DNA of 64,000 bases from Phoronis australis (taxonomy: Eukaryota; Animalia; Phoronida). Within the stretch, counting starts at the first letter, position 1. The number at the start of each line of letters is the position of its first letter. Shown piece by piece: positions 62,199 through 64,000 of the stretch. The notes under the pieces were generated by a model. The model was not told the DNA's origin. It was given only the letters and a program-made list of their open reading frames with translations, and searched no databases. The translations under genes and the position numbers were made by a program. Location: the NCBI GenBank assembly GCA_002633005.1, contig NMRA01000031.1, forward strand, positions 144,436-208,435, read 5' to 3'.

Positions 62199-63556
62199 AT
62201 GTGTCTGTGAGATTATACATGGACAGTCAAACACTGAGGCGATATTAAATGCACAATGAAGAACTACAAAACAACATATCTAATAAATGCAAACTCAGAA
62301 GAGTTTATACATAGGTCCAGCTAGCCATTCAATTGTGGATTTAAGACCAGCTCACAACAGAGTTGTGAAAAGCTTTAGCAACGCGGTGGATAATGCAGGT
62401 CTGTGCAGTACATCTACTGTAAAATCTCACTAATTGTAGGACAAAAATATCGTTTTTTAATTTTCAAAGGTGTTGAACATTGATACGAATGTCCACATTT
62501 TTCAAAATATGTTTATTGATAGCAGTGATACAGAACCTGAATATGGCAAAGCATACATTTGGCACTGGGTTTCATTCATTCATGAATGAGAAATAGAATT
62601 TCACCTTTCGTGCAGCAGATCTGGCCTTATTAGAAGATTGAGTGAGGCATAAGTGAGGTGGGTATAAGCATCTACTTAACACTAATGAGGCGATTATGTT
62701 AAACAGGGAATCTGACTTTATACATTGACTAATGCACATACTAACAGGGTCAGAGAGCCTGCACAAAACTACTCCCTAATCAATGACCATGGAATACTTT
62801 TGTAAGAATGTGACCAGTAGGCAATATGGTAAAATCTAAAAGTTTAGGACACAATAAAGCAGACGACAAATGATTTTTTTATTTTCTCCTTTCTTCCATG
62901 AAAGATATGCAAAACCAAATTACTGATTTTCCATGTTAAAGTTCTGTAACGCAGTTACCACAGGACAATATTATCGAAAAATTGTGGACATTCGTAACAT
63001 AGTCTGAATCCCCTGAGAAAATTCTGACACTCATTTCTGGCAGAAACTGGGACACCGTGAGAGCATGAAATGCAACTTTCACTTGACCCGATTTTTGATC
63101 CTGGTCAGTTATAGGGGTCGAGTTCAAAAAGGCCAAGCACAATTTTGTTCATCCGTGAACATTATTTGACTTTGGATTTCTTTTGCATCAACAATTTAAA
63201 TATCCAACACCACTACAATGTTAATTTGACCACATGAAGATTGCAAAGAACTAATACTAAACAAAGGATTAAAGACTGCAAGTAGTGCTAGACATTGTCC
63301 ATCAACCACTCTTATCGCAATCTAGCCATAAAACATTTCATTTATTTCTTTATATGTCACCTTTATAAGGCAAACTGTCCACTGGAAACCTTACAAATTG
63401 AACTTGTAGATCTACACCCAGGGAATTAGTTACCACCTCCAATGGTAGTCACACTTGAGAATGCCAACTGATTAGATAGGTCAGATATCCACATAGCACA
63501 TTTCATCAATTAGCCTACTTAGACCGGCAGCCCAGAGCACTTAGCATAGATGAACG

Positions 63557-64000
63557 AGGTACCAACATCTGACCACGGGAGCATTTAAAGTCCACCTCAG
63601 TATGTACAGAAATGGACGTCTGCCGTTGTCTGCACTCTGGGTGTGACCCCTGGGGGCCTTACAAACAGCCCAAAAAATGTGCTAGACTAGATATTCGAGG
63701 TACCAACCAAAACTGATTTTAAACGAATAATAGTACCGCACTGAACACCGAATGACCTATGACAGACAAATTGCACTCTGGAATGGGTCCGGCAGAAACC
63801 AAAAAAGGACCCCCCAAAAATGAGCTAGCACATACATTCGAGGTACCACACAAAACCAATTCCATATGATTCAATACATGTCACAGATCACTAAAACCCC
63901 TATGACAGACAAATTACACTCTGGGTTGTGCCCGGCAGAAACCCCCAAAAATCTCAACCACGGTATGCCATCAAAAATTTGAGCTAGACTAGATTTTCGA
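63557..64000 (+). repeat. Degenerate ~140-160-bp satellite running off the right edge
   Basis: Recurrent gctag....a.attcgaggtacca, atgacagacaaatt.cactctgg and ccggcagaaacc. Confidence 0.75.

Overview
Eukaryotic, intron-rich, AT-rich genomic DNA from an animal, probably an invertebrate (inferred from gene and repeat content). It is a draft assembly with one ~300-N gap and two single Ns. Three protein-coding genes can be rebuilt by hand from GT-AG splice sites and reading-frame phase. (1) A minus-strand PP2C-like gene resembling Drosophila CG9801, with four conserved exons at 1079-6128 and a probable large N-terminal exon at 24249-25097; its 3' end lies off the left edge. (2) A complete plus-strand STT3B (catalytic oligosaccharyltransferase subunit) of 17 exons, 31795-53462, 778 aa. 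(3) The last four exons of a minus-strand cytosolic NAD-dependent glycerol-3-phosphate dehydrogenase (GPD1/GPD1L family), tail-to-tail with STT3B. Introns carry non-autonomous DNA transposons, Helentron-like elements, LINE/SINE remnants, a decayed THAP domain and several minisatellites. I found no convincing new multi-gene system. The most notable observations are a GPD stop codon embedded in a splice donor, a triplicated STT3B exon-12/donor segment, STT3B-GPD linkage that mirrors the human genome, a hAT-like element with a 6-bp TSD, a UPRE next to the STT3B ATG, and a 2.2-kb duplication that is probably an assembly artefact.
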